DNA of 64,000 bases, taken from positions 371,393-435,392 of the forward strand of contig VRVR01000001.1 of assembly GCA_009859145.1 (NCBI GenBank), given 5' to 3'. Positions 54,419 through 63,925 of the stretch are shown here, piece after piece; the stretch's first letter is position 1; every line of letters starts with the position of its first letter. This DNA comes from Andalucia godoyi And28. Its lineage: Eukaryota > Protista > Jakobida. A program made the translations under genes and the position numbers. Below the pieces are notes generated by a model, which did not search any database, was not told the origin of the DNA, and was given only the letters and a program-made list of their open reading frames with translations.

Positions 54419-55957
54419 ATGGTTTCTGGGAGAATTTTGTCACTTTTGGGCGATACGCTGGTTCGCCGTGATGGTACAACGGTTTCCACGGGCACGTTTC
54501 TGACTGGAAAGTCGCTGTTGTTGTACTTTTCGGCCCACTGGTGTCCGCCGTGCCGCCAATTCACACCTGTTCTTAAAGCGTGGTACGAGTCGCATGCATC
54601 TGCACTGAATGCAGAGCTTATTTTCTGCTCTGCAGATCGTTCCGAGGCAGAGTTTCGCTCTTACTTTGAGTCGGAAATGGGCGATTGGCTCGCGGTGCCG
54701 TATGATGCGCCTTCTCGGATGGCAATTGGATCCGCGCTTCGTGTCGAGGGTATTCCTGCGCTCATTACGATTTCAGCACAGACAAACAAGGTTGTTTCGA
54801 CGCGTGCTCGAGAAGGGTTGATGGAGCACCCCGAGGAGTTTCCTTGGACGCCTCGAAATGTCATGGATATTCTGTTTGCGTCACGTGCTGAAGGTGAAGA
54901 TGAGGAAAAAGACAGACCGAAAAAGGAAGAAGTGGAAAAATGCGAGGTTCTCGGACTTCTGTTTTCGGCTTCTTGGTGCGGCCCGTGCCGAAAGTTCCTT
55001 CCCATTCTCACGTCCTACTATGAGAAGGTGAATGCGGAGAAGAAGAGACTTGAAATTGTATTTGTGTCTGCAGACAACAGCGAGGCTGAGTATGAAGGAT
55101 ACAAGGCAAAGATGCCGTGGAAGGCGATTGGGTTCCAGGACGGAAGGGACGATAAGCTGTCTGCCCACTTCCGCATCAGCGGAATCCCTTCGTTTATTTT
55201 GCTCGATCCGAAGACTGGACGAGTGATCTCAGACGATGGGGTGCAGATCGTGGCTGGCGATGTGCTGGGAGAGGCGTTTCCGTATGAAAAGAAGGACTGT
55301 GGCGAGCTTTCCGAAGCACACATTGATGCAGTTCAGTCCAAACGCTGTGTATTTTTGTTTGCTGAGGGAATTGCGCAAGAAGCGTCCGTGCTTTCGGAAC
55401 TTCTCGGCTCATTCAAGGAAATCAAGACTGCGTATGCGAAATACAGAGATGAAGTGTTTGGAGCGGCGGGGGCGGAAGAGGAGTCGCTTTTTGAAAACGA
55501 TGAGGATGCGGATGATACGGTGTTCGCCTATGTATCGAAGCCCACGATGGTTGCTGCCAATCTCCGCCGACTTTTCACGCTTGATCAGCCGGCTGCTCTT
55601 GTTGAGTTCGATGTCCAAGCAGACATGCTTTTTATCAAGGACATTTCAAGTGCCGCAGATCTCGACGTTCCCGCCGCCCTCGAATGGCTCAAGAGCATTG
55701 ATCAGGGTAAGATCGAGCCTGTCCACTTCGTCGAGAACGCAATGAAGGCGTCCCATGATCATGGGGACGGCTGCGGCTGCGGCCATTCTCACGACCACCC
55801 TTCAGAGGGGCATTCGCACGACCTCGATCACGGAAAGCCGCACGATCATCATGGTGATCATCATCACCACCACCACCATCATGATCATGATGATCACGGA
55901 CATCACGAGCACGAGCACGAGCATGGGGATGGATGCTGTGGCCACAAACATTCTTGA
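54419..55957 (+). CDS. Nucleoredoxin/tryparedoxin-like protein (two active Trx domains) with His/Cys-rich tail
   Basis: LLYFSAHWCPPCRQFTP and LLFSASWCGPCRKFLP, GIPALI / GIPSFI cis-Pro loops, and a C-terminal His-rich tail. Confidence 0.9.
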   Translation: MVSGRILSLLGDTLVRRDGTTVSTGTFLTGKSLLLYFSAHWCPPCRQFTPVLKAWYESHASALNAELIFCSADRSEAEFRSYFESEMGDWLAVPYDAPSRMAIGSALRVEGIPALITISAQTNKVVSTRAREGLMEHPEEFPWTPRNVMDILFASRAEGEDEEKDRPKKEEVEKCEVLGLLFSASWCGPCRKFLPILTSYYEKVNAEKKRLEIVFVSADNSEAEYEGYKAKMPWKAIGFQDGRDDKLSAHFRISGIPSFILLDPKTGRVISDDGVQIVAGDVLGEAFPYEKKDCGELSEAHIDAVQSKRCVFLFAEGIAQEASVLSELLGSFKEIKTAYAKYRDEVFGAAGAEEESLFENDEDADDTVFAYVSKPTMVAANLRRLFTLDQPAALVEFDVQADMLFIKDISSAADLDVPAALEWLKSIDQGKIEPVHFVENAMKASHDHGDGCGCGHSHDHPSEGHSHDLDHGKPHDHHGDHHHHHHHHDHDDHGHHEHEHEHGDGCCGHKHS

Positions 55958-56065
55958 AGGAAGAATGCCGATGGCATGTGGTATAAAGGGGGAAAAAAAT
56001 GAAAAGAAAAAAAAGAAAGAAACATGAAGAAGAGTTGAAACGAGAAGAGAGGTGTACTGTAATTT

Positions 56066-56746
56066 TTAAGCAGCGTGCTTCTTTGCTTGCTGATTGTTCT
56101 TGCACGAGTTGAGGATCTTCTGGATCTGCGAATAGACCTTGTTGACGCCCTGGTCCGCATCCAACGTCGTGAGGATTCCCTTCTTGTGGTAGTAGTCGAG
56201 GACGGGGACAGTCTGAGCATGAAACGCCTCGAGTCGCTTACGAACGACTGGTTCTGCATCGTCCTTTCGTACAATCAGTGGCTCACCCGTCACATCATCG
56301 GTCATTGGCGACTTGGGCGGATTGAAAAACGCGTTGTACACACGTCCCGATGCCGGGTGCAACAAACGTCCTGAAATGCGCTTGATGACCAATTCGTCGT
56401 TGGCCTTGAGCTCAATTACAGAATCAAGCTTATCTGCTCCCAGCATCGAATCCAGCTTCTGTGCCTGCACAACCGTTCGTGGAAATCCGTCCAAAATGAA
56501 TCCATTCTTGCATTCTGTCGAGTGAATGTTGTCCTTGATAAGATCCACAACCAAGTCGTCCGACACCAATGCCCCGGACTCCAGCGTCGCTTTCACCTTT
56601 TGGCCAAGCGCAGAACCAGCTGCTACTGCAGCTCGCAACATGTCACCAGTCGAAAGGTGGCAAAGGCAAAACTCCTCCTTGATCTTTGGCGCTTGTGTGC
56701 CTTTTCCAGAACCCGGCGCTCCCATAAGCACCAACTTGATCGTCAT
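56066..56746 (-). CDS. AK2: Adenylate kinase (AK2/Adk1 type)
   Basis: [36 protein letters not shown] region [12 protein letters not shown]. Confidence 0.95.
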   Translation of the reverse strand: MTIKLVLMGAPGSGKGTQAPKIKEEFCLCHLSTGDMLRAAVAAGSALGQKVKATLESGALVSDDLVVDLIKDNIHSTECKNGFILDGFPRTVVQAQKLDSMLGADKLDSVIELKANDELVIKRISGRLLHPASGRVYNAFFNPPKSPMTDDVTGEPLIVRKDDAEPVVRKRLEAFHAQTVPVLDYYHKKGILTTLDADQGVNKVYSQIQKILNSCKNNQQAKKHAA

Positions 56747-56957
56747 TTTTTTTTCTTTTTCTATCTATCTATCTCTCTTTCTTTTTTTCTTCTTCTTGGG
56801 CGTTACTAAAAATAAGATGCGGAACGATGCGAAACAGGACAGTCGAAGCAAGTAAATAAAGAAAAAATAATAATAATAAAGAAGAAAATGTAAAACAAAA
56901 CAACAACAACATATGGAAGGTCTCTTCCATACACGCTGTTTCCAGCTTGCACCATGC

Positions 56958-57046
56958 ATGTCAGTCAGTGCATGGTGTGGTGACATGTCAGTGTGTGTGC
57001 CATGTCAGTGTGTGTAAAACGTGGAAAACAAAACAGGCTGTCAGTG
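56958..57046. promoter_or_regulatory. Cluster of TGTCAGTG motifs in the divergent AK/DUF1349 intergenic region
   Basis: Exact copies at 56986, 57003 and 57039, plus overlapping variants at 56958-56970. Confidence 0.45.
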
Positions 57047-57234
57047 GTCACTTGGATTCAAAAACTGAACTACAGTCACCATCCCGATTCTTTTGATTTT
57101 CTTGCACCCGAGTTGCTGCCGAGAGCGCGCTTCTGCACGTGCATGTGATGGTTGTAGGGGTGCGTATTGCGGCGGCTGTTTGCCACATTGAGTAGCTGAT
57201 TCGGAGCGTCCAGAACTGCAGACGCTACGCAGAA

Positions 57235-57954
57235 ATGGTCAGAGATTGGAAAGGCTGGCACTGGGTTTGCGAACCCGAGGCAGACCGATGGTCATTGGAC
57301 GAACTGGCGAATACTCTCACCGTGTCTCCTTCTCGCGACACGGATTTCTGGCAGCGAACACACTATGGATTCCGTCGTGATAATGCGCATTTATTCTGCA
57401 TCTCTGTGCCGCTGTCTGTTCTTGCAGCAGAGAAAACAGCAACAGACGCGCGGGACTCGCAGGAGACGCCGGTGCCGTTTGTGCTCTCTGCGCACGTTTC
57501 ATTTTCTCCGTTGCATCAGTATGACCAGGCGGGGCTATGCGTGCGTGTGAACGAGAATTGCTGGATCAAGACTTCGATTGAGTACGAGTCCGCGCATGAG
57601 CCCGCTAGACTTGGAGTCGTCGTAACCAACAATGGGTACTCGGACTGGTCCACGCAGGATGTTCCAAACTCGGTCCGCAGCGTTTGGTTGCGGATATCGT
57701 CGATGTTCCGAAATGACTTTTTGGTGGAGTATGCGTTCGACAACTCGGAGAACAGCAAGGCCACGGATGCGCTGAAGTGGCACCAGATGCGAGTTGCGCA
57801 CTTGTTCGTGCAGCTCGGAGGAATCGACGATCAGCATCACCAACAGCAGTACGCTCAGTTGGGTGTCTATGCATGCTGTCCCGTCAACAACGGGTACAAG
57901 GCGACGTTTTCCAGCATTGAATGCAATGTTTCCGGTGCTGAATGCAAGCAGTAA
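57235..57954 (+). CDS. DUF1349 (Ree1-like, concanavalin A-like fold) protein
   Basis: TDFWQRTHYGFRRDNAH, QYDQAGL, WIKTSIEYE, LGVVVTNNGYSDWST, LGVYACCP. Confidence 0.88.
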   Translation: MVRDWKGWHWVCEPEADRWSLDELANTLTVSPSRDTDFWQRTHYGFRRDNAHLFCISVPLSVLAAEKTATDARDSQETPVPFVLSAHVSFSPLHQYDQAGLCVRVNENCWIKTSIEYESAHEPARLGVVVTNNGYSDWSTQDVPNSVRSVWLRISSMFRNDFLVEYAFDNSENSKATDALKWHQMRVAHLFVQLGGIDDQHHQQQYAQLGVYACCPVNNGYKATFSSIECNVSGAECKQ

Positions 57955-58031
57955 AAGGCGTTTTCATGCTCGTGTATTCCTATTTCGTCCGTCATCACGA
58001 TGTGCGTATCTTTTTTTCAAAACAAAAATAC

Positions 58032-58118
<87 letters not shown>

Positions 58119-58191
58119 GCTAACTAGCTAACTAACTAACTAACTAACTAGCTAACTAGCTAACTAGCTAACTAGCTAACTAGCTAACTAG

Positions 58192-58223
<32 letters not shown>
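58032..58223. repeat. (CTAA)n array (~48 units) with interspersed CTAG variants, followed by (TAAA)n
   Basis: Read directly. Confidence 0.95.
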
Positions 58224-58439
58224 ATAAATAAATAAATAATAATAGTAATAACGTAAATCATGATAAAAACAACAACAACAACAACAGCAACAGCAGCAAA
58301 AAAAAAAAAAGCACATCAGCATCCGCTGGGGTTCACATTGCTGAGCTCCAGAATCCAGACGACTGTGCAGCTTGTGCATCTCCTTCTTTGCTTTATGCGA
58401 ACACAGACACGAAAAAGGCGACACATCAGACAAATACAA

Positions 58440-58892
58440 ATGATGTTTGAGCCTCGGCTGGTAGGATTGTTCCAGCAACAAATTCGACACTTCAGCAAGA
58501 CGGCGCAGTCAACGTCCGATGTGTTCAAGACTCTCCCTTGCAACACACTCTTTGCAAAGTTCGCACGAGGTGAGCTTCGGCCAAATGTTGTCTACGAGGA
58601 CGACCACGTTCTTGCGTTCCACGACATCTCCCCACAAGCTCCCGTGCACATCTTGCTCATCCCCAAACAACTAGCGGTTGGCCGCATCCAGGACATTGAC
58701 GTTTCCGACGCAGGCTGCTCTTCAGAACTTGGCCGCTTGCTCGGCGCTGTTCCACATGTTGCAAGGGCAGCAGGAATCTCCGAGGCCGGGTTCAGACTTG
58801 TCATCAATCAGGGACCCGATGCGCAACAGACGATAAACTACCTCCACATCCATCTTCTCGGAGGCCGGCAGCTTACTTGGCCTCCAGGATAG
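58440..58892 (+). CDS. HINT2: HIT-family (HINT2-like) nucleotide hydrolase with presequence-like N-terminus
   Basis: TLFAKFARGE..VYEDDHVLAFHDISPQAPVHILLIPK, GFRLVINQG, YLHIHLLGGRQLTWPPG. Likely start is ATG 58440. Confidence 0.9.
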   Translation: MMFEPRLVGLFQQQIRHFSKTAQSTSDVFKTLPCNTLFAKFARGELRPNVVYEDDHVLAFHDISPQAPVHILLIPKQLAVGRIQDIDVSDAGCSSELGRLLGAVPHVARAAGISEAGFRLVINQGPDAQQTINYLHIHLLGGRQLTWPPG

Positions 58893-59061
58893 AGAGCACG
58901 TTCCTTCAAAACACCGCCTCTGCCCAAAGATGATCCCAGAAACCGGCATGTTTCCAGACCCAAATAGGTGACTGTTTACAACTTGTGTATAAAAAAGACA
59001 ACAAAGAAAAAAACCCAAGAAGAACGTTATCGGTATCGGGTATCCCCATGATACGTGCGGT

Positions 59062-59526
59062 TTACTTTTCATAGACCCACGTCTTGTCGACGGGGGACCA
59101 GTTTGCAATCTCGCCCTCCTTGAACCAGAGGCTGATCTCGCGGTGCGCAGACTCGACAGAGTCGGATCCGTGGATGATGTTGCGTCCGACATCGATTGCA
59201 AGGTCGCCGCGGATGGTTCCCGGTGCAGATGCCTGGGGCTTGGTCATTCCAATCATGGAACGTGCAGTTGCGACTGCATTGTCACCTTCGACGACGAGTG
59301 CCACAACAGGTCCAGAAGTCAAAAACTCAACAAGACCAGCGAAGAAGGGGCGCTCCTTGTGCTCCGCATAGTGGGCCTCAGCAAGTTCGCGGGACGGAAC
59401 AAGCATCTTCATGCCGGAAATCTGGTATCCGCGCTTCTCGAAACGAGAAAGGATCTCGCCAACAAGATGGCGCTGAACGCCATCAGGCTTGATCATCAAG
59501 TACGTACGTTCACGGTGCGCCGACAT
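59062..59526 (-). CDS. NDK: Nucleoside diphosphate kinase (cytosolic-type, no extension)
   Basis: [30 protein letters not shown]. Confidence 0.96.
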   Translation of the reverse strand: MSAHRERTYLMIKPDGVQRHLVGEILSRFEKRGYQISGMKMLVPSRELAEAHYAEHKERPFFAGLVEFLTSGPVVALVVEGDNAVATARSMIGMTKPQASAPGTIRGDLAIDVGRNIIHGSDSVESAHREISLWFKEGEIANWSPVDKTWVYEK

Positions 59527-59697
59527 TGCTGCAAAGTTATAGTGCGGGAGGAGGGAATGGACCTTTTTTTGTGGTTAAGATTCGCCAAATACAAAGGAAG
59601 AGAAAGAAACCAGAACGAAAAGCAAAAGAAAGACACGAAATCAAAAAAAATATAGTAAATTAACATCAAGGAATCTCTGAAAGAGCGGAACCCAATC

Positions 59698-59757
59698 TGT
59701 CAGTGCTTGAACACATTTTTCTTTCTTCAAAAGCAAAATTGTCAGTGCATGTCAGTG
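59698..59757. promoter_or_regulatory. Cluster of three TGTCAGTG motifs in the divergent NDK/WD40 intergenic region
   Basis: Exact copies at 59698, 59740 and 59750. Confidence 0.45.
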
Positions 59758-60047
59758 TATACTACGGCTGTTTTTCAAGGGGGCATTTTGGTTCATTTGG
59801 AGTTTTGGACGTTTGTGTTTTCCCCAAGTGCTTCTTTGGTAATATTCTTGTTAATTTTAATAATTAAAACACCGTCCATCCGTGATTAAGGAAACATTCT
59901 TTGTACAGAAAAACAACAATAACAAAAAACACGAAAATTCAAGGAACAGCAATCTGTTGAACGAGACGGAAAAACCAGAGTGAAAAGAAAAGAAAAAAAG
60001 CAACACAAAGGGGGGAAAGGGAACGGCAAGATCAGCAAATCATAATC

Positions 60048-63000
60048 ATGAGTGTCAAGCCCAGTTCGGGGACGGCTGCAAGCAACACAAGCAATAATAG
60101 CAGTAATAGTCATAATCATAATAATAATAACAGCAGTAGCAACACAGATGACATTAATCTCGAACAGCTGATGGAGCTTCGCAGGATGTTTGAAGAAGCA
60201 GACAAGGCAGGAAACGGTGGTCTTTCCATCGAAGACTTCACTGCTTCGTTTTCAACGGTACTCGGATGCAATCCGGAATCACCTCGAGGCTTGGCCAAAA
60301 TGGAAAACTTCTTTATGCGAATTGACGCGAATGCAAACGGAGAAGTAGACTGGGACGAGCTGTCGACTTTCATTCTCGTTGGATCGGAAGGGGTTCGAAA
60401 AATGAGAGACGACATGACGGCGTATGAATTTCTGCAGTGTTCTGGACCCCGGACGATGTCTGACAACGGAAATTTCGCTGAAAACGATGATGGTGACGAT
60501 TACGATCAAACACACAGTGCGACGGGTGATGCAGCAGGGTCTAAAAGAGGGAGGAAAAGCACCGAGTCCAAGAATGGGGGCAACAGGCTGCACGCTTCTG
60601 AGGCGGTGTTGTCTGGAATTGCGTTTCAAGCATCGGACATGACAAGTCCACAAACCTTTGACTATTCGTCGTTGCACAACAAGCACCGAGATCTTGTGCT
60701 GGATGTGTTTCTTCCGTACATCCCTCCATTGCAAGGGGAGTCGGACTTCGTTGTTGGTGATGCCGAAGCGAGTGGCTCTAGCAGTACATCACTTTCGCCA
60801 GGGAAGAAGGGTAAAGTGACCGGACCGGGTCTCAGTTCGAAGAGCCCACTGCAGGGGTCTGGAAAGGGAGGAAAGATGGTGGACATCATGACGATTGGCA
60901 AGGATTCGCAAGCGCGGTTCTGGGACTATGAATCACTTAAGCATGTTTCCGTTTTGCAGCTCGACAGAACTACCCCCGCGACATCTGCTTTGCAGTTTGC
61001 GCGATCGGATCGTGTTGCAGTTTCGTTTTTGAATCGAACCATTGAGATTATCGACATGAACAAGCGTGAAATTGTGAAGCGATTTCGAGGAACTCGTGTA
61101 GGCAGCAAACCGCTCAAAAAGGGTGCAGATGTTCCATATGTTGTGTTGGAGGGGCTTGTGAATGCGCCCATGAGCATGGCGTTTGTTTCGGACTTCGACC
61201 CGACGATTGAAAGCATGCTAAGCTGCATTCCTTGCAATGACGACATGCAAGGATCCACTGCATCGTATTGGCAACCGGAACACGAAATTTTAATGCTGGG
61301 CCTCGATTCTGGGCACGTTCAAATGTATGACATTGGATCCATTTCAAATGCAAGGAAAACCATCGATGTTTTGAGTCGGTTTACGGTGCACAGTGACTGG
61401 ATTACGCAAATGCTTCCAGCACCGCACCTGGATTCCCTGATTACGTGTTCCATGGACAAGTCCATCAAGTTTGCTTCTGTGGAAACCGGGCTTGTGTCGC
61501 GCACGCTTGTGGGCCATACCAAGTCCGTCAAGGCCATTGATTGGAATCCTTCCAAGAAATTGGTTGTTTCCGGGGGCCTTGAGCGCGACATTTTCATTTG
61601 GAACCCGTTCATTGATCATCCATTGTCTGTATTGAAGGGCCACAAAGCACCTGTTGTTCGCGTGTTCTTCAATGCGGACGACAATCAGATCATTTCGCTT
61701 TCCCAGGACAAGATGATCAAAGTTTGGGACATTCGATCTTATCGGTGTCTGCAAACTCTTGAAGATAACTACACTAAATATTCGCCGGATGATGAACTTA
61801 CCAGTATGGTATTTGACCATTCGCGGAAGAGGCTCATCACGGCCGGGAACTTTCCAAAATCATGGCCGATGCGCAGGTCGGTTGTCGGACTTCCAGAAGG
61901 GATCGCGGAGGGACATGTGAAATCCTTGGTTGGATCCCTGTACAACAAGATCTTCGACCAGGTTGTTAGTGCCGACGAGGAGACGGTTTGCGTGTGGGAA
62001 GCGCAAACCGGCGCATTGTGTTTTAAATTTCAGTCCCCACACAAGATTTGCTCTCTGTCGTTTGACACAACAGGCCGGCGCTTGCTGACCGGCCATGCTG
62101 GTGGGCTTGTGCTTGTGTGGAATTATATCAATGGTCAAGTGCTCAAAGAATGTCACTCGATCGGAGGAACACGTGAAGTCACTGCATTGTGTTGCATCGA
62201 ATACGGTGTTCATCATAGCCGATATCTTTCTGGAGGAGGGGCGCATCGAAAGGTATTTTTGTGGCAGGACTCCGAATCGCCGAAAGAATACTTGGATCAA
62301 GACCACAGCTTTACGGATCAGGATTCCGACATCATGTCGATGGCGTGGTGTCCTCCGATGATGCTGGCGACTGGCTCCGACATGGGTGACATCATTCTGT
62401 ATAATTTCAACTCTGGACTGCACCATCTCCGCATCAAGGTCTCGCCAATGGATGCCGACGTCAGCGGTTTTTACTCTTCCCCGAATACCCTTCCTCAGGA
62501 CCAAGAAGTTGGAAAATCGTTCATCGAGTCTCTGCTCTTCCTAAAAGAATCGAATCTGCTGGCGTCTGCTGGTGGCGACGGAGTGGTCCGCTTCTTTGAC
62601 ATCCTTGACGGCCACGAAGTGTTTAGTTTTGGTGCGTGCAAGAGAGTGAACCAAGATTCTGTCGCCTCGTTTTACGTCACAGAAGATGAAAAGACCATGT
62701 TTGTGGGCGACTCTGTTGGTTTTGTTCTTCAATATGACATTTCTGCCATCTTGTCCGACCGTCCAAGTGTCCGCATAATCGAATCCTTCCGTATTCAAAA
62801 GGACGCCGTGTCCTACCTCGGCGTCATCGAGAAGAACAAGTGCATTGTTGCTGCTGCGTGTTCAGAACGAAGAGTCGCGGTTTGGACGTGGGACGGGCGC
62901 TGCATCGGCTACTTTGGGCAGCACCGTTCTTGGAAATCCTTGTCGAAGCCAAAGACATTCCAGGAGGTCTCCATTGACGATTCCGATTTGCACAGTTCAG

Positions 63001-63545
63001 ACAAGAACAGAAGAGCTGCTGCCCCCCCTACTCTCACATCGACGCTCATATCTTCTTCCGATGTTTCTTCTCGTGATGGTCGTTCTCCATCCCCTGCAAA
63101 TTCAGAGTCCTCAAATCGCTCCTTCTCCTACCTCCCTTCACCGACAGCTAGCGGTGGAAAGGGCGCACCATCTTCTGGTCTCCAAAACGCAAACGGAAGA
63201 AAATCCAGAACGCTTTCGCTTCTGCGGAATACAAACAAGACGTCACCTTCTCCTGGGATCTCCGAGTTTGGCGAAGACGATCTCGTCGGATCGGTGCTCA
63301 GCGGTTCGTTCCACGTCAAAAGTAGGCTCTTGTCTTCGGACAACGGTCTTTTGGAATCCGGTTCTCAGAAAACGGAGTTCATGGATACGCTGCAGCGCAT
63401 TAAGCTGCCTCTGGATGCCATCGGTCGAAGTTTAGCGGAAACCAAGGCACACAGAGGTACGGATTGGACCGATCGTCCGGCTGCAAAGCTAAGTTTCCAT
63501 CCTTTGGAAGAGATCAAGCCCCTCAGACCAGGCAAGAAGTACTGA
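60048..63545 (+). CDS. EF-hand plus WD40 ciliary protein (WDR49/CFAP337/EFCAB8/WDY-like)
   Basis: N-terminal EF hands (MFEEADKAGNGGLSIEDF, FMRIDANANGEVDWDEL), then many WD40 repeats (GHTKSVKAIDWN, GHKAPVVRVFFN, SLSQDKMIKVWDIR). Confidence 0.8.
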   Translation: MSVKPSSGTAASNTSNNSSNSHNHNNNNSSSNTDDINLEQLMELRRMFEEADKAGNGGLSIEDFTASFSTVLGCNPESPRGLAKMENFFMRIDANANGEVDWDELSTFILVGSEGVRKMRDDMTAYEFLQCSGPRTMSDNGNFAENDDGDDYDQTHSATGDAAGSKRGRKSTESKNGGNRLHASEAVLSGIAFQASDMTSPQTFDYSSLHNKHRDLVLDVFLPYIPPLQGESDFVVGDAEASGSSSTSLSPGKKGKVTGPGLSSKSPLQGSGKGGKMVDIMTIGKDSQARFWDYESLKHVSVLQLDRTTPATSALQFARSDRVAVSFLNRTIEIIDMNKREIVKRFRGTRVGSKPLKKGADVPYVVLEGLVNAPMSMAFVSDFDPTIESMLSCIPCNDDMQGSTASYWQPEHEILMLGLDSGHVQMYDIGSISNARKTIDVLSRFTVHSDWITQMLPAPHLDSLITCSMDKSIKFASVETGLVSRTLVGHTKSVKAIDWNPSKKLVVSGGLERDIFIWNPFIDHPLSVLKGHKAPVVRVFFNADDNQIISLSQDKMIKVWDIRSYRCLQTLEDNYTKYSPDDELTSMVFDHSRKRLITAGNFPKSWPMRRSVVGLPEGIAEGHVKSLVGSLYNKIFDQVVSADEETVCVWEAQTGALCFKFQSPHKICSLSFDTTGRRLLTGHAGGLVLVWNYINGQVLKECHSIGGTREVTALCCIEYGVHHSRYLSGGGAHRKVFLWQDSESPKEYLDQDHSFTDQDSDIMSMAWCPPMMLATGSDMGDIILYNFNSGLHHLRIKVSPMDADVSGFYSSPNTLPQDQEVGKSFIESLLFLKESNLLASAGGDGVVRFFDILDGHEVFSFGACKRVNQDSVASFYVTEDEKTMFVGDSVGFVLQYDISAILSDRPSVRIIESFRIQKDAVSYLGVIEKNKCIVAAACSERRVAVWTWDGRCIGYFGQHRSWKSLSKPKTFQEVSIDDSDLHSSDKNRRAAAPPTLTSTLISSSDVSSRDGRSPSPANSESSNRSFSYLPSPTASGGKGAPSSGLQNANGRKSRTLSLLRNTNKTSPSPGISEFGEDDLVGSVLSGSFHVKSRLLSSDNGLLESGSQKTEFMDTLQRIKLPLDAIGRSLAETKAHRGTDWTDRPAAKLSFHPLEEIKPLRPGKKY

Positions 63546-63772
63546 AGCACCTCTAGTCGGTTGGTATGCGTTTGCCGCGAGCCTTCTCGTACCTTTTTTC
63601 GAGCGCTCATCTCCGCCATTGTATAAACCACTGTGGCACCGTTCCGGAGCTTGTCAGGCACATGCTGCTATGCGGGATGGGACGATACCAGTAACTATGT
63701 AAACAGCCACCATAAACTGGTCATGAATTATTGGTGCATTATATCACTTCACTTTGCTTCGCATTATTAGTC

Positions 63773-63925
63773 AACGCCTACATTGTACACTAACCACGGA
63801 TAATTATCGCTGATCACCCATAATCAATGTTGCAACCAAACAACATGCAGAGCATGACTGGGAAGGGGGGTAGGCCCCAACACGCCCCTCATCATGAGAG
63901 ACGTTCCTAAGATAGATGTTGCGTT
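63773..63925 (-). ncRNA. Orphan Fanzor2 right end / putative omegaRNA locus (copy 3)
   Basis: Minus strand encodes only NIYLRN. It then carries TTGGGGCCTACCCCCC..CAGTCATG..GTTGCAACATTGATTA, hairpin ATTATGGGTGAT-CAGCGATA-ATTATCCGTGGT, and CAATGTAGGCGTT, colinear with copy 2. Confidence 0.7.

Noticed and set aside
58032-58223. CRISPR array or true telomere
   Set aside because: It is a 4-nt tandem unit with no spacers, is internal between two genes, and is not a canonical telomere hexamer.
63546-63770. Possible IS607-type serine recombinase (TnpA) remnant next to copy 3
   Set aside because: The translation (NGATVVYTMAEMSARKK) has no convincing YARVS or other resolvase motif, and it lies outside the element's right end.
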